In this document: positions 1 to 12,300 of the stretch, piece after piece
Position numbering within the stretch: position 1 is the stretch's first letter
Layout of the letters: each line of letters starts with the position of its first letter
Assembly (NCBI RefSeq): GCF_044704955.1
Contig: NW_027253893.1
Location: 1 to 64,000, forward strand
DNA length: 64,000 nucleotides
Source: Pristiophorus japonicus
Lineage: Eukaryota
Direction of reading: 5' to 3'
The notes under the pieces: model-generated
What the model was told of the DNA's origin: nothing
Database searches by the model: none
The model's input: only the letters and a program-made list of their open reading frames with translations
Made by a program: the position numbers and the translations under genes

Positions 1-22
1 GGGCCCATTCAAGGATCACTCT

Positions 23-152
23 GGGGGGTGTCGGGGGTGAAGATTCAAGGACCCACAGGTTGGGTCGGGGGGTCGGGGGTGAAGGTTCAAGGACCCACAG
101 GTTTGGTCGGGGGGTCGGGGGTGAAGGTTCAAGGACCCACAGGTTGGGTCGG
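23..152. repeat. ~43-bp minisatellite, ~3 copies (gggggtgaaggttcaaggacccacaggttgggtc...)
   Basis: Visible tandem copies. Confidence 0.8.
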
Positions 153-296
153 CCTACACTGCACTGGCGACTGCTCCCAGTGGTGATACTCGGGATCTCA
201 GTCGGATAATCAGATGTGGCGATAAATGGCAGGTCACACCGTGGGCATTATGGGATGTCTCAGGTGTTGCTCATGTGACAGGAAAAGTCTGGTTAC

Positions 297-439
297 CTTG
301 ACGATGGTGACGAAGGTGCTGTAGAGGAAACTGAGAATAAAGAGAATGGTGAAGGCAGCGACTGTCAGCACGTTCCCGTCTCCATCCCAATCTCCCGCTT
401 CCTCCTTCCCTTCCTCTCCTGTCCCGTCCGGCGCCAATC
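297..439 (-). CDS. IgW: IgW transmembrane exon 1: (G)LAPDGTGEEGKEEAGDWDGDGNVLTVAAFTILFILSFLYSTFVTIVK
   Basis: Acceptor gtttcAG at 441-440 (phase 1, fits the CH6 internal donor); donor AAG|GTAACC at 296. Acidic connecting peptide followed by the CART-type LF.LS..YST.VT..K motif. Confidence 0.92.
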
Positions 440-565
440 CTGAAACCATTGAGCAATTGGGGCTGTTAGAGTTTCCTGTGGGCCTTCCACGGCCAGCAAC
501 ATCTCAACACAGTGAGGGGGAGGGCACGGTGGGGGAACACTGGGGGCAGTCACTCATCGGACAGG

Positions 566-1428
566 CTCCCTCCCTCCCTCCCTCCCTCTCCCCTCACCCC
601 CTCTCCCCCTCCCTCCCTCCCTTCCTCCCTCTCCCCCTCTCTCCCTCCCTCACCTCCCTCCCTCNNNNNNNNNNNNNNNNNNNNNNNNNNNNNNNNNNNN
701 NNNNNNNNNNNNNNNNNNNNNNNNNNNNNNNNNNNNNNNNNNNNNNNNNNNNNNNNNNNNNNNNNNNNNNNNNNNNNNNNNNNNNNNNNNNNNNNNNNNN
801 NNNNNNNNNNNNNNNNNNNNNNNNNNNNNNNNNNNNNNNNNTTCNNNNNNNNNNNNNNNNNNNNNNNNNNNNNNNNNNNNNNNNNNNNNNNNNNNNNNNN
901 NNNNNNNNNNNNNNNNNNNNNNNNNNNNNNNNNNNNNNNNNNNNNNNNNNNNNNNNNNNNNNNNNNNNNNNNNNNNNNNNNNNNNNNNNNNNGATTCTTT
1001 CTCTCTCCCACCCTCTCTCTCCCCCTCTCCATCTCCCTCCCCTTCTCTCTCTCCCTCCCCCCTCTCTCTCTCTCTCTCTCTCTCCCTCCCCCCTCTCTCT
1101 TCCCCCCTCTCTCTCTCACTCCCCCCTCTCTCTCTCCTCCCCCCTCTCTCTCTCACTCCCCCGCTCTCTNNNNNNNNNNNNNNNNNNNNNNNNNNNNNNN
1201 NNNNNNNNNNNNNNNNNNNNNNNNNNNNNNNNNNNNNNNNNNNNNNNNNNNNNNNNNNNNNNNNNNNNNNNNNNNNNNNNNNNNNNNNNNNNNNNNNNNN
1301 NNCTCAACCACCCCACTCTCTCTCTCTCTCCCTCCTTTCTCTCTCCCTCTCCCTCCTTTTTCTCTCCCTCCCCCCTCTCTCTTTCCCTCCCCCTTCTCTC
1401 ACTCCCTCCCCCTCTCTCACTCCCTCCG
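566..1428. repeat. CT-rich polypyrimidine low-complexity tract with N runs (665-841, 845-992, 1170-1302)
   Basis: Base composition and N blocks. Confidence 0.9.
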
Positions 1429-1555
1429 GGAGGCTAACGGGCGCTGAGGACATTTTGCCCCCGGGGGCAGGCGGGGAAACGGATTTGTGTCGCGCTGTGG
1501 GAGCCATCTGTTTGTTGTTGGCAGGCAATGGGGAACGCTGGTTCGTCCGGGCCGC

Positions 1556-2160
1556 CCACAGAGCTCGGAGTAACCCCCCCCCCACCCCCCACAGAGCTCG
1601 GAGTGTCCCCCCCTCCCCCCACAGAGCTCGGAGTGACCCCCCCCCCACACAGAGCTCGGAGTACCGCCCCCACCAACCCATAGAGCTCGGAGTGACCCCC
1701 CCTCCCACACAGAGCTCGGAGTGACCCCCCCCCCCACACAGAGCTCGGAGTACCGCGCCCCCCACACAGAGCTCGGAGTGACCCCCCCCCCACACAGAGC
1801 TCGGAGTCCCCCCCCCACCAACCCATAGAACTCGGAGTGACCCCCCCCACAGAGCTCGGAGTGACCCCCCCCCCCCCACACAGAGCTCGATGTGACCACC
1901 CCCCCCACACAGAGCTCGGAGTGACCCCCCCCCACAGAGCTCGGAGTGACCCCCCCCCCCACACAGAGCTCGGTGTGACCACCCCCCCCACACAGAGCTC
2001 GGAGTGACCCCCCCCCACAGAGCTCGGAGTGACCCCCCCCCCACAGAGCTCGGAGTGACCCCCCACCCCCACACAGCTCAGAGTACCCCCGCCCCCCCCC
2101 CCCCACAGAGCTCGCAGTGTCGTTTCCCCCCCCTGCCCCACAGAGCTCGGAGTCCCCCCG
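1556..2160. repeat. ~25-30-bp minisatellite cacagagctcggagtgac(c)n, ~20 copies
   Basis: Visible tandem copies; most contain GAGCTC. Confidence 0.9.
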
Positions 2161-2207
2161 CAACAGAAGGTTTAAGTTAAACGGCTCAATTCCGAGAATT
2201 TTACATC

Positions 2208-2700
2208 AGAACCGACCCCAGGACACTAGCCCCCGAACCGACCCCGGGACACTACCCCCCGAACCGACCCCAGGACACTACCCCCCGAACCGACCCCGGG
2301 ACACTACCATCTGAACCGACCCTGGGACACTACCCCCCGAACCGATCCCGGGAAACTACCCCCCTGAACCGACCCCGGGACACTACCCCCCGAACCGACC
2401 CCGGGACACTACCCCCCGAACCGACCCCAGGACACTACCCCCCGAACCGACCCCGGGACACCACCCCCCTGAACCGACCCCGGGACACTACCCCCCGAAC
2501 TGACCCCGGGACACTACCCCCCCGAACCGACCCCGGGACACTACCCCCTGAACCGACCCCGGGACACTATCCCCCGAACCGACCCCGGGACACTATCCCC
2601 CGAACCGACCCCGGGACACTACCCTCCGAACCGACCCTGGGACACTAGGCCCCGAAACCGACCCCGGGACACTAGGCCCCGAACCGACCCGACACACTAC
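2208..2700. repeat. ~26-27-bp minisatellite gaaccgaccccgggacactacccccc
   Basis: Visible tandem copies. Confidence 0.9.
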
Positions 2701-2751
2701 ACTGCCCCACCCCCTGTTCCATTTACCCAAACATATGATACTGTCCCAGCC

Positions 2752-4538
2752 TCAGAAGATGAGAAGGGGGATTTAATAATGGGAAATGTGGAAATGGCTG
2801 AGACCTTAAACAATTATTTTGCTTCAGTCTTCACAGTGGAAGACACAAAAACCATGCCAGAAATTGCTGGTCACAGGAATGTGGGAAGGGAGGACCTTGA
2901 GACAATCACTATCACTAGGGGGGTAGTGCTGGACAGGCTAATGGGACTCAAGGTAGACAAGTCCCCTGGTCCTGATGAAATACATCCCAGGGTATTAAAA
3001 GAGATGGCGGAAGTTATGGCAGATGCATTCGTTATAATCTACCAAAATTCTCTGGACTCTGGGGAGGTACCAGCGGATTGGAAAGCAGCTAATGTAACGC
3101 CTCTGTTTAAAAAAGGGGGCAGACAAAAGGCAGGTAACTATAGGCCGGTTAGTTGTAGTGGGGAAAATGCTTGAAACTATCATTAAGGAAGAAATAGCGG
3201 GACATCTAGATAGGAATAGTGCAATCAAGCAGACGCAACATGGATTCATGAAGGGGAAATCATGTTTAACTAATTTACTGGAATTCTTTGAGGATAGAAC
3301 GAGCATGGTGGATAGAGGTGTACCGATGGATGTGGTGTATTTAGATTTCCAAAAGGCATTCGATAAGGTGCCACACAAAAGGTTACTGCAGAAGATAAAG
3401 GTACGTGGAGTCAGAGGAAATGTATTAGCATGGATAGAGAATTGGCTGGCTAACAGAAAGCAGAGAGTCAGGATAAATGGGTCCTTTTCCGGTTGGAAAT
3501 CGGTGGTTAGTGGTGTGCCACAGGGATCGGTGCTGGGACCACAACTGTTTACAATATACATAGATGACCTGGAAGAGGGGACAGAGTGTTGTCTAACAAA
3601 ATTTGCAGATGACACAAAGATTAGTGGGAAAGCGGATTGTGTAGAGGACACAGAGAGGCTGCAAAGAGATTTAGATAGGTTAAGTGAATGGACGAAGGTT
3701 TGGCAGATAAATACAATGTCGGAAAGTGTGAGGTCATCCACCTTGGAAAAAAAAACAGTAAAAGGGAATATTATTTGAATGGGGAGAAATTACAACATGC
3801 TGCGGTGCAGAGGGACCTGGGGGTCCTTGTGCATGAATCCCAAAAGGTTAGTTTGCAGGTGCAGCAGGTAATCAGGAAGGCGAATGGAATGTTGGACTTC
3901 ATTGCGAGAGGGATGGAGTACAAAAGCAGGGAGGTCCTGCTGCAACTGTACAGGGTATTGGTGAGGCCGCACCTGGAGTACTGCGTACAGTTTTGGTCAC
4001 CTTACTTAAGGAAGGATATACTAGCTTTACATGGGGTACAGAGACGATTCACTCAGCTGATTCCGGAGATGATGGGGTTACCTTATGATGATAGATTGAG
4101 TAGACTGGGTCTTTACTCGTTGGAGTTCAGAAGGATGAGGGGTGATCTTATAGAAACATTTAAAATAATGAAAGGGATAGACAAGATCGAGGCAGAGAGG
4201 TTGTTTCCACTGGTAGGGGAGACTAGAACTAGGGGACACAGCCTCAAAATACGGGGTAGCCAATTTAAAACTGAGTTGAGAAGGAATTTCTTCTCCCAGA
4301 GGGTTGTGAATCTGTGGAATTCTCTGCCCAAGGAAGCAGTTGAGGCTAGCTCATTGAATGTATTCAAATCACAGATAGATAGATTTTTAACCAATAAGGG
4401 AATTAAGGGTTACGGGGAGCGGGCGGGTGAGTGGAGCTGAGTCCACGGCCAGATTAGCCATGATCTTGTTAAATGGTGGAGCAGGCTCGAGAGGCTAGAT
4501 GGCCTACTCCTGTTCCTAATTCTTATGTTCTGATGTTC
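2752..4538 (+). mobile_element. CR1-clade LINE, 5'-truncated, frameshifted ORF2 (reverse transcriptase) plus 3' end
   Basis: Motifs [63 protein letters not shown] and TRGHSLK are spread over three frames. The 3' end is tggcctactcctgttcctaattcttatgttc. Confidence 0.93.
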
Positions 4539-4762
4539 ACCCCCTGTCCCATTTACCGAAACACACAATACTGCCCCACCCCCTGTCCCATTTACCCAAA
4601 CACACGACACTGCCCCACCCCCTGTCCCATTTACCCAAACACACGACACTGCCCCACCCCCTGTCCCATTTACCCAAACACACGATACTGCCCCACCCCC
4701 TGTCCCATTTACTCAAACACACGATACTGCCCCACCCCCTGTCCCATTTACCCAAACACACC
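4539..4762. repeat. 39-bp minisatellite accccctgtcccatttacccaaacacacgatactgcccc; another unit lies at ~2700-2750 on the far side of the CR1
   Basis: Visible tandem copies. Confidence 0.85.
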
Positions 4763-4801
4763 AACAATGAACACCTGAAGCAGAAACCTTGTCACATCTG
4801 T

Positions 4802-4807
4802 TTTATT
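4802..4807 (-). promoter_or_regulatory. AATAAA poly(A) signal for the long secretory form
   Basis: Plus-strand tttatt about 350 nt past the tailpiece stop, at the end of unique sequence and followed by GT-rich sequence on the minus strand. Confidence 0.7.
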
Positions 4808-5155
4808 GAATTGGATGGTTACATTGACATTTTGCGACATCCATTTAACACTTGGTGGTGTCTCACAGGTTTCAAACTGGATCAAACCCGGCACAACAAC
4901 GTTTCAAAAGGAACTCCAGACTTTCAAAGATTTGGAGATGATGTTTGTTGCCCGATTTGATCCTTGACCACACATTATTTTCTCAATGACTGAAGGAGAT
5001 CGGATTGTGATCAGGGTTTTAAGCATTCTACTAGCAGAAGGGAGATTTCACAGTGAGCACAGCCACCCTGTGGTAGGGTGAACCAGCCATTTACAGGGAT
5101 TATATAACCAGATATATATATGGGGGGCGAGGATTGATGAAATCACTGGATGGTA

Positions 5156-5538
5156 TCAGCAGGATTGAAAGCTATCGGTTAGAACGAGTGAGACATTGAC
5201 CAGGGTGGGTTTACCCTGTGATTTATTGATGCTCCTGATCAGGCTGGTGGTAAGAGACTCGTGCCCCACCACACAGGAGAAGGTGGTATCCCTGTCCCAC
5301 TGCTCTGTGGTGACCGTCAGCTGACTGGACACCGAGTTCCAGCCGTTGGTGCCGTCCTCGCTCAGTGCCTGGGTCACCAACCCTGACCTCACAAGGGTGT
5401 CGTTGGCCATCCAGGCCACGTAGATCTCCGCGGGGAAGAACCTGGTGACCAGGCACACCAGGGTCGCCGTCCGATCCATCTCCATCTCTTGCGGTAAAGG
5501 GGGGAGGAGGTAGACTCGAGGGCGGGTCTTGGCACCGA
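5156..5538 (-). CDS. IgW: IgW terminal C exon, CH6-like, with secretory tailpiece GKPTLVNVSLVLTDSFQSC*; internal donor after 5215 for the membrane form
   Basis: Acceptor tttgcAG at 5540-5539; stop TGA at 5158-5156; internal donor CAGG|GTAAAC at 5214. The PAEIYV.WMANDTL, SC.VGHESL and LIRS.NKS motifs match IgW CH6 / IgNAR C5. Confidence 0.93.
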
Positions 5539-5604
5539 CTGCAAACAGAGACAACCTTGGGTTAGACCGAGTCCTGTCCCGTCCTCGCACACAGTATTGT
5601 AAAG

Positions 5605-6050
5605 TAGGGAAGTTACACTCAACCTGTATCGACTCTTGGTTAGACCTCGCTTGAAAACTGGGAGATTTCTACACCCAGAGGGTGGTGGGGGTCTGGAACT
5701 CACGGCCTGAAAGGGTGGTAGAGGCAGAAACCCTCACCACATTTAAACAGTACTTGGGTGTACACCTGAAGTGCTGTAACCCACAGGGCTACGGACCGAG
5801 AGCTGGACAGTGGGATTAGGCCGGGTAGCTCTTGGTCGGCCAGTGTGGACACGATGGGCCGAATGGCCTCCTGTGTGGGAAGTGCTCTATGATTCCCTGA
5901 CACACATTTAACTGGCAAGGGAACCAGAGGGGAGGTGAGGAGACTTGCGTTTTACTCAGCGAGTTATGATGGTCTGGAACGCATTGCCTGAACGAGGGTG
6001 GTGGAGGCAGAATCAACAGTAACTTTCACAAGGGAATTGGAGACATGTTC
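5605..6050 (+). mobile_element. Degraded CR1 3'-end fragments
   Basis: ctgtatcgactcttggttagacctc and cagagggtggtgggggtctggaactcacggcctgaaagggtggtagaggcag, plus the gggccgaatggcctcct 3' motif. Confidence 0.7.
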
Positions 6051-6132
6051 AACCTCGGCCTCAGACAGACAATCTCCCTCACCCTTCCAATGGCTCTTCT
6101 GCCTCGGGCTCCTCCTAATACCGTGACATCTG

Positions 6133-6900
6133 CCAATCCCTCGGGGTCTATCCCAATCCCTCGGGGTCTATCCCACCCACGCCACCAGGGTCTATCCCAA
6201 TCCCTCATGGTCTATCCTACCCACTCCCTCGGGGTCTATCCCACTCCCTCGGGATCTATCCCAATCCCTCGGGGTCTATCCCACCCACTCCCTCGGGGTC
6301 TATCCCACTCCCTTGGGGTCTATCCCACTCCCTCGGGGTCTATCCCACTCAATACCTCGGGGTCTATCCCAATCCCTCGGGGTCTATCCCACTCCCTCGG
6401 GGTCTATCCCAATCCCTCGGGGTCTATCTCACCCAATCCCTCGGGGCCTATCCCAATCCCTCGGGGTCTATCCCACCCAATCCCTCGGGGTCTATCCCAA
6501 TCCCTCGGGGCCTATCCCAATCCCTCGGTGTCTATCCCACTCCTTTGGGGCCTATCCCAATCCCTCGGGGCCTATCCCAATCCCTCAGGGCCTATCCCAA
6601 TCCCTCGGGGCCTATCCCACTCCCTCGGGGTTTATTCCACTCCCTCGGGTCTATCCCACTCCCTCGGAGTCTATCCCACCCACTCCCTCGGGGCCTATCC
6701 CAATCCCTTGGGGCCTATCCCAATCCCTCGGGGTCTATCCCACTCCCTCGGGGTCTATCCCACCCAATCCCTCGGGGTCTATCCCACCCACTCCCTCGGG
6801 GTCTATCCCACTCCCTCGGGGTCTATCCCACCCAATCCCTCGGGGTCTATCCCACCCACTCCCTCGGGGTCTATCCCACTCCCTCGGGGTCTATCCCACT
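6133..6900. repeat. 20/25-bp minisatellite ccctcggggtctatccca(ccca)(a/c)t
   Basis: Visible tandem copies. Confidence 0.9.
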
Positions 6901-7117
6901 GCCACTAACCCATCCCGCGGGAGCCAGTGTGGTTTGGTGCCGGGCCGTTGTTGTGATTTGGGATTGTTTTCCTGATCCGTTTCTCGGCAGGGTTCCAGCT
7001 TCTCTCTGTCTTTAACACACTCAGACACCGCGGACTGGACAGCTCACCACGAGACGGTAATAAATGGCCTCATGGGCTCAGACCCAGACACACACACCGA
7101 GCTCTCTCCACACGTAC

Positions 7118-7438
7118 CTTGCGCCTTCTTGATCAGCCTCTTCTCCGGCGTTGGCAGGCTCTTGTCCTCCACCAAACACCAATACTCGACCCCGCTCTCC
7201 CACTCTGCGGCAGGGACGGTCAGTCTGCTGGAGATCATGTCTTTATCTCCGTGCCTCTCGGGCCCCCGGGTCTCCACCCCGTCTTCTCGCTCACTCCCGT
7301 CCACCTGCCAGGTTACCCTGACCCCCTCTAAATCACCGTGAAGCACCTCGCACAGAATGGTGGCTGTCCGGTTCCTCCAGATCTCCTCGAAGGGCGGCTT
7401 GCTCAAAGTGACCGAGATACCGGCGTCCAAACATTCAC
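7118..7438 (-). CDS. IgW: IgW penultimate C exon, CH5-like (321 nt): GECLDAGISVTLSKPPFEEIWRNRTATILCEV...WQVDG...EWESGVEYWCLVEDKSLPTPEKRLIKKAQ
   Basis: Acceptor tttcccccAG at 7440-7439; donor CAAG|GTACGT at 7117. The FEEIW...TATI.C, WQV.G.ER..GVET and EY.CLVED..LPTP motifs are those of IgW CH5 / IgNAR C4. Confidence 0.9.
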
Positions 7439-7614
7439 CTGGGGGAAATGTCACAATTATTATTTCACCATTCCCCCGGCGGGATGTGGGCTTCGCTGGC
7501 AAAGGCCGGCATTTCTCAGTCCTCTCCGCAGGACGGTGAAGGGTCAACCACATTGGTGTGGGACGGGAGTCACGTGTGGCGTGGACAGGGCGAGGTCAGC
7601 AGGTCTCCTTCCCC

Positions 7615-7785
7615 AGTGTCAGCTGTGGCTCAGTGGGCAGCTCACTCACCTCAGAGTCACAAGGTTCAGAGTCTCTGAGTCACAAGGTGCTGGCTTCAAG
7701 TACCACTCCAGGAGCTTGAGCACAGAAATCTAGGCCGACACTCCCAGTGCAGTACTGAGGGAGTGCCGCACTGTCGGAGGAGCAG
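7615..7785 (+). mobile_element. tRNA-derived SINE 5' part (resembles recalled shark Deu-domain SINEs)
   Basis: A-box-like tggctcagtgg and B-box-like ttcaagtacc, then the body cttgagcac...atctaggccgacactcccagtgcagtactgagggag. Homologous to 59595-59716. Confidence 0.65.
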
Positions 7786-8830
7786 TACTGAGGGAGCACC
7801 GCACTGTCAGAGGGGCAGTACTGAGGGAGTGCCACACTGTCAGAGGGCAGTACTGAGGGAGTGCCGCACTGTCAGAGGGGCAGTACTGAGGGAGTGCCGC
7901 ACTGTCAGAGGGGCAGTACTGAGGGAGTACCACACTGTCGGAGGGTCAGCACTGAGGGAGCTCCGCACTGTCGGAGGGGCAGTACTGAGGGAGTGCCACA
8001 CTGTCGGAGCGGCAGTACTGAGGGAGCGCCACACTGTCGGAGGGGCAGTACTGAGGGAGCGCCGCACTGTCGGAGGGGCAGTACTGAGGGAGAGCCGCAC
8101 TGTCGGAGGGGCAGTACTGAGGGAGCGCCGCACTGTCGGAGGGGCAGTACTGAGGGAGTGCCGCACTGTCACAGGGGCAGTACTGAGGGAGTACCACACT
8201 GTCGGAGGGTCAGTACTGAGGGAGCTCCGCACTGTCGGAGGGGCAGTACTGAGGGAGTGCCACACTGTCGGAGGGGCAGTACTGAGGGAGCGCCGCACTG
8301 TCGGAGGGGCAGTACTGAGGGAGCGCCGCACTGTCGGAGGGTCAGTACTGAGGGAGCTCCGCACTGTCGGAGGGGCAGTACTGAGGGAGCGCCGCACTGT
8401 CGGAGGGTCAGTACTGAGGGAGCTCCGCACTGTCGGAGGGGCAGTACTGAGGGAGCGCCGCACTGTCGGAGGGGCAGTACTGAGGGAGCTCCGCACTGTC
8501 GGAGGGGCAGTACTGAGGGAGTGCCGCACTGTCAGAGGTGCAGTCCTGAGGGAGCTCCGCACTGTCAGAGGGGCAGTACTGAGGGAGCTCCGCACTGTCA
8601 GAGGGGCAGTACTGAGGGAGCTCCGCACTGTCGGAGGGGCAGTACTGAGGGAGTGCTGTCAGAGGGGCAGTACTGAGGGAGCGCCGCACTGTCGGAGGGG
8701 CAGTACTGAGGGAGTGCCACACTGTCGGAGGGGCAGTACTGAGGGAGTGCTGTCAGAGGGGCAGTACTGAGGGAGCGCCGCACTGTCAGAGGGGCAGTAC
8801 TGAGGGAGCTCCGCACTGTCAGAGGGGCAG
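7749..8830. repeat. 33-bp minisatellite cagtactgagggagcgccgcactgtcggagggg, ~33 copies
   Basis: Visible tandem copies, continuous with the SINE body. Confidence 0.92.
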
Positions 8831-9360
8831 GGTCAGGGGCAGAGCAGGCAGCCCAACTCTCCGCCCGCGGAGGCCCTTTATCCGGATGTGTGCGACCTGT
8901 GGCGAGGATTGCTGTGGGTTTGGGCACACGCTGTGAATGCCTAAACCTGCAGCTCACACACCCTCGAGGCCAGTGACATCCTTCACACATTCCCCCTTTA
9001 CACTGGTCTCTCACAGGACCATGGTCACTTCAGAAACCTCGCAGCTCACTGCGTGTTCTGAGCGCTATTCACACACACACATTCACTGTGTGTCACAACT
9101 CAGGCAATGTTTACCCTGTGTATATGTAATCTCAACACTGGGGGAGGGTGGAGGCAGGATGGCCATCTCTGGGTCAGGATTGAAACCTTTAATGAGTACC
9201 GGGAATCACCATGTCCGGCTGCAGATTGAGCTGCTGTGTCAGCACAGTCTCTGTCTGACAGGACCGTGTCGTGGATTCATTTAAAGATCGTCTCTGTTCC
9301 TCTCCCCAGCATTTTAAACAGAAATGCTGTCAGATTGGGATTGGTCACATTGAGACTTGT

Positions 9361-12300
9361 CACAGTGTGCAATCAGTGATTCTCAAACCCTGGTGTAGTA
9401 TACACCGTGTATAGTCAGTGATTATCAAACCCAGGTTTAATATACACCGTGTATAATCAGTGATTATCAAACCCAGGTTTAATATACACCGTGTGCAATC
9501 AGTGATTCTCAAACCCAGGTGTAGTGTACACCGTGTATAGTCAGTGATTCTCAAACCCAGGTTTAATATACACTGTATATAGTCAGTGATTATCAAACCC
9601 AGGTTTAATATACACCGTGTATAATCAGTGATTATCAAACCCAGGTTTAATATACACCGTATATAGTCAGTGATTCTCAAACCCAGGTGTAATATACACT
9701 GTATATCGTCAGTGATTATCAAACCCAGGTTTAATATACACCATATATAGTCAGTGATTATCAAACCCAGGTGTAATATACACCGTATATAGTCAGTGAT
9801 TATCAAACCCAGGTTTAATATACACTGTATATAGTCAGTGATTATCAAACCCAGGTGTAATATACACTGTATATAGTCAGTGATTCTCAAACCCAGGTTT
9901 AATATACACTGTATATAGTCAGTGATTCTCAAACCCAGGTTTAATATACACTGTATATAGTCAGTGATTCTCAAACCCAGGTGTAATATACACCGTATAT
10001 AGTCAGTGATTATCAAACCCAGGTTTAATATACACTGTATATAGTCAGTGATTGTCAAACCCAGGTTTAATATACACCGTATATAGTCAGTGATTATCAA
10101 ACCCAGGTTTAATATACACTGTATATAGTCAGTGATTCTCAAACCCAGGTTTAATATACACTGTATATAGTCAGTGATTCTCAAACCCAGGTTTAATATA
10201 CATCGTATATAGTCAGTGATTATCAAACTCAGGTTTAATATACACCATATATAGTCAGTCATTATCAAACCCAGGTGTAATATACACCGTATATAGCCAG
10301 TGATTATCAAACCCAGGTTTAATATACACTGTATATAGTCAGTGATTATCAAACCCAGGTGTAATATACACTGTATATAGTCAGTGATTATCAAACCCAG
10401 GTGCAATATACACTGTATATAGTCAGTGATTATCAAACCCAGGTTTAATATACACTGTACATAGTCAGTGATTATCAAACCCAGGTTTAATATACACCAT
10501 ATATAGTCAGTGATTCTCAAACCCAGGTTTAATATACACCGTGTATAATCAGTGATTATCAAACCCAGGTTTAATATACACCGTATATAGTCAGTGATTC
10601 TCAAACCCAGGTTTAATATACACCGTGTATAGTCAGTGATTCTCAAATCCAGGTTTAATATACACCGTGTATAGTCAGTGATTCTCAAACCCAGGTTTAA
10701 TATACACCGTATATAGTCAGTGATTCTCAAACCCAGGTTTAATATACACCGTATATAGTCAGTGATTATCAAACCCAGGTTTAATATACACCGTATATAG
10801 TCAGTGATTATCAAACCCAGGTTTAATATACTCCGTGTATAATCAGTAATTATCAAACCCAGGTTTAATATACACCGTGTATAGTCAGTGATTATCAAAC
10901 CCAGGTTTAATATACACCGTATATAGTCAGTGATTATCAAACCCAGGTTTAATATACACTGTATATAATCAGTGATTATCAAACCCAGGTTTAATATACA
11001 CCGTATATAGTCAGTGATTATCAAACCCAGGTTTAATATACACCGTATATAGTCAGTGATTATCAAACCCAGGCTTAATATACATCGTATATAGTCAGTG
11101 ATTCTCAAACCCAGGTTTAATATACACTGTATATAGTCAGTGATTCTCAAACCCAGGTTTAATATACACCGTATATAGTCAGTGATTATCAAACCCAGGT
11201 TTAATATACACCATGTATAGTCAGTGATTATCAAACCCAGGTGTAATATACACCGTATATAGTCAGTGATTATCAAACCCAGGTTTAATATACACCATGT
11301 ATAGTCAGTGATTCTCAAACCCAGGTGTAATATACACCGTGTAATGTCAGTGATTCTCAAACCCAGGTGTAATATGCACCGTGTATAGTCAGTGATTATC
11401 AAACCCAGGTTTAATATACACCGTATATAGTCAGTGATTATCAAACCCAGGTTTAATATACACCGTGTATAGTCAGCGATTATCAAACCCAGGTTTAATA
11501 TACACTGTATACAGTCAGCGATTATCAAACCCAGGTTTAATATACACTGTATATAGTCAGCGATTATCAAACCCAGGTTTAATATACACCGTATATAGTC
11601 AGTGATTCTCAAACCCAGGTTTAATATACACCGTATATAGTCAGTGATTATCAAACCCAGGTTTAATATACACCATGTCTAGTCAGTGATTATCAAACTC
11701 AGGTTTTTTATACACCATGTATAGTCAGTGATTATCAAACCCAGGTTTAATATACACCGTATATAGTCAGTGATTATCAAACCCAGGTGTAATATACACC
11801 GTATATAGTCAGTGATTATCAAACCCAGGTTTAATATACACCATGTATAGTCAGTGATTCTCAAACCCAGGTGTAATATACACCGTGTAATGTCAGTGAT
11901 TCTCAAACCCAGGTGTAATATGCACCGTGTATAGTCAGTGATTATCAAACCCAGGTTTAATATACACCGTATATAGTCAGTGATTATCAAACCCAGGTTT
12001 AATATACACCGTGTATAGTCAGCGATTATCAAACCCAGGTTTAATATACACTGTATATAGTCAGTGATTATCAAACCCAGGTGTAATATACACTGTATAT
12101 AGTCAGTGATTATCAAACCCAGGTGCAATATACACTGTATATAGTCAGTGATTATCAAACCCAGGTTTAATATACACTGTACATAGTCAGTGATTATCAA
12201 ACCCAGGTTTAATATACACCATATATAGTCAGTGATTCTCAAACCCAGGTTTAATATACACCATATATAGTCAGTGATTATCAAACCCAGGTGTAATATA

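Noticed and set aside
346-1447. ORFs spanning the N runs and CT tract
   Set aside because: Low-complexity and N artefacts; nothing can be said about the masked bases.
8830-9014. Cys-rich sense-strand frame QCKGGMCEGCHWPRGCVSC, a possible second secretory exon
   Set aside because: No pyrimidine-rich phase-1 acceptor, no match to the rest of the tail pattern, and the frame runs into the minisatellite.
9083-9200. VLIKGFNPD...ILPPP fragment as a CH4 remnant
   Set aside because: The motifs are in the wrong order, the canonical Cys/Trp are missing, and there is an upstream stop.
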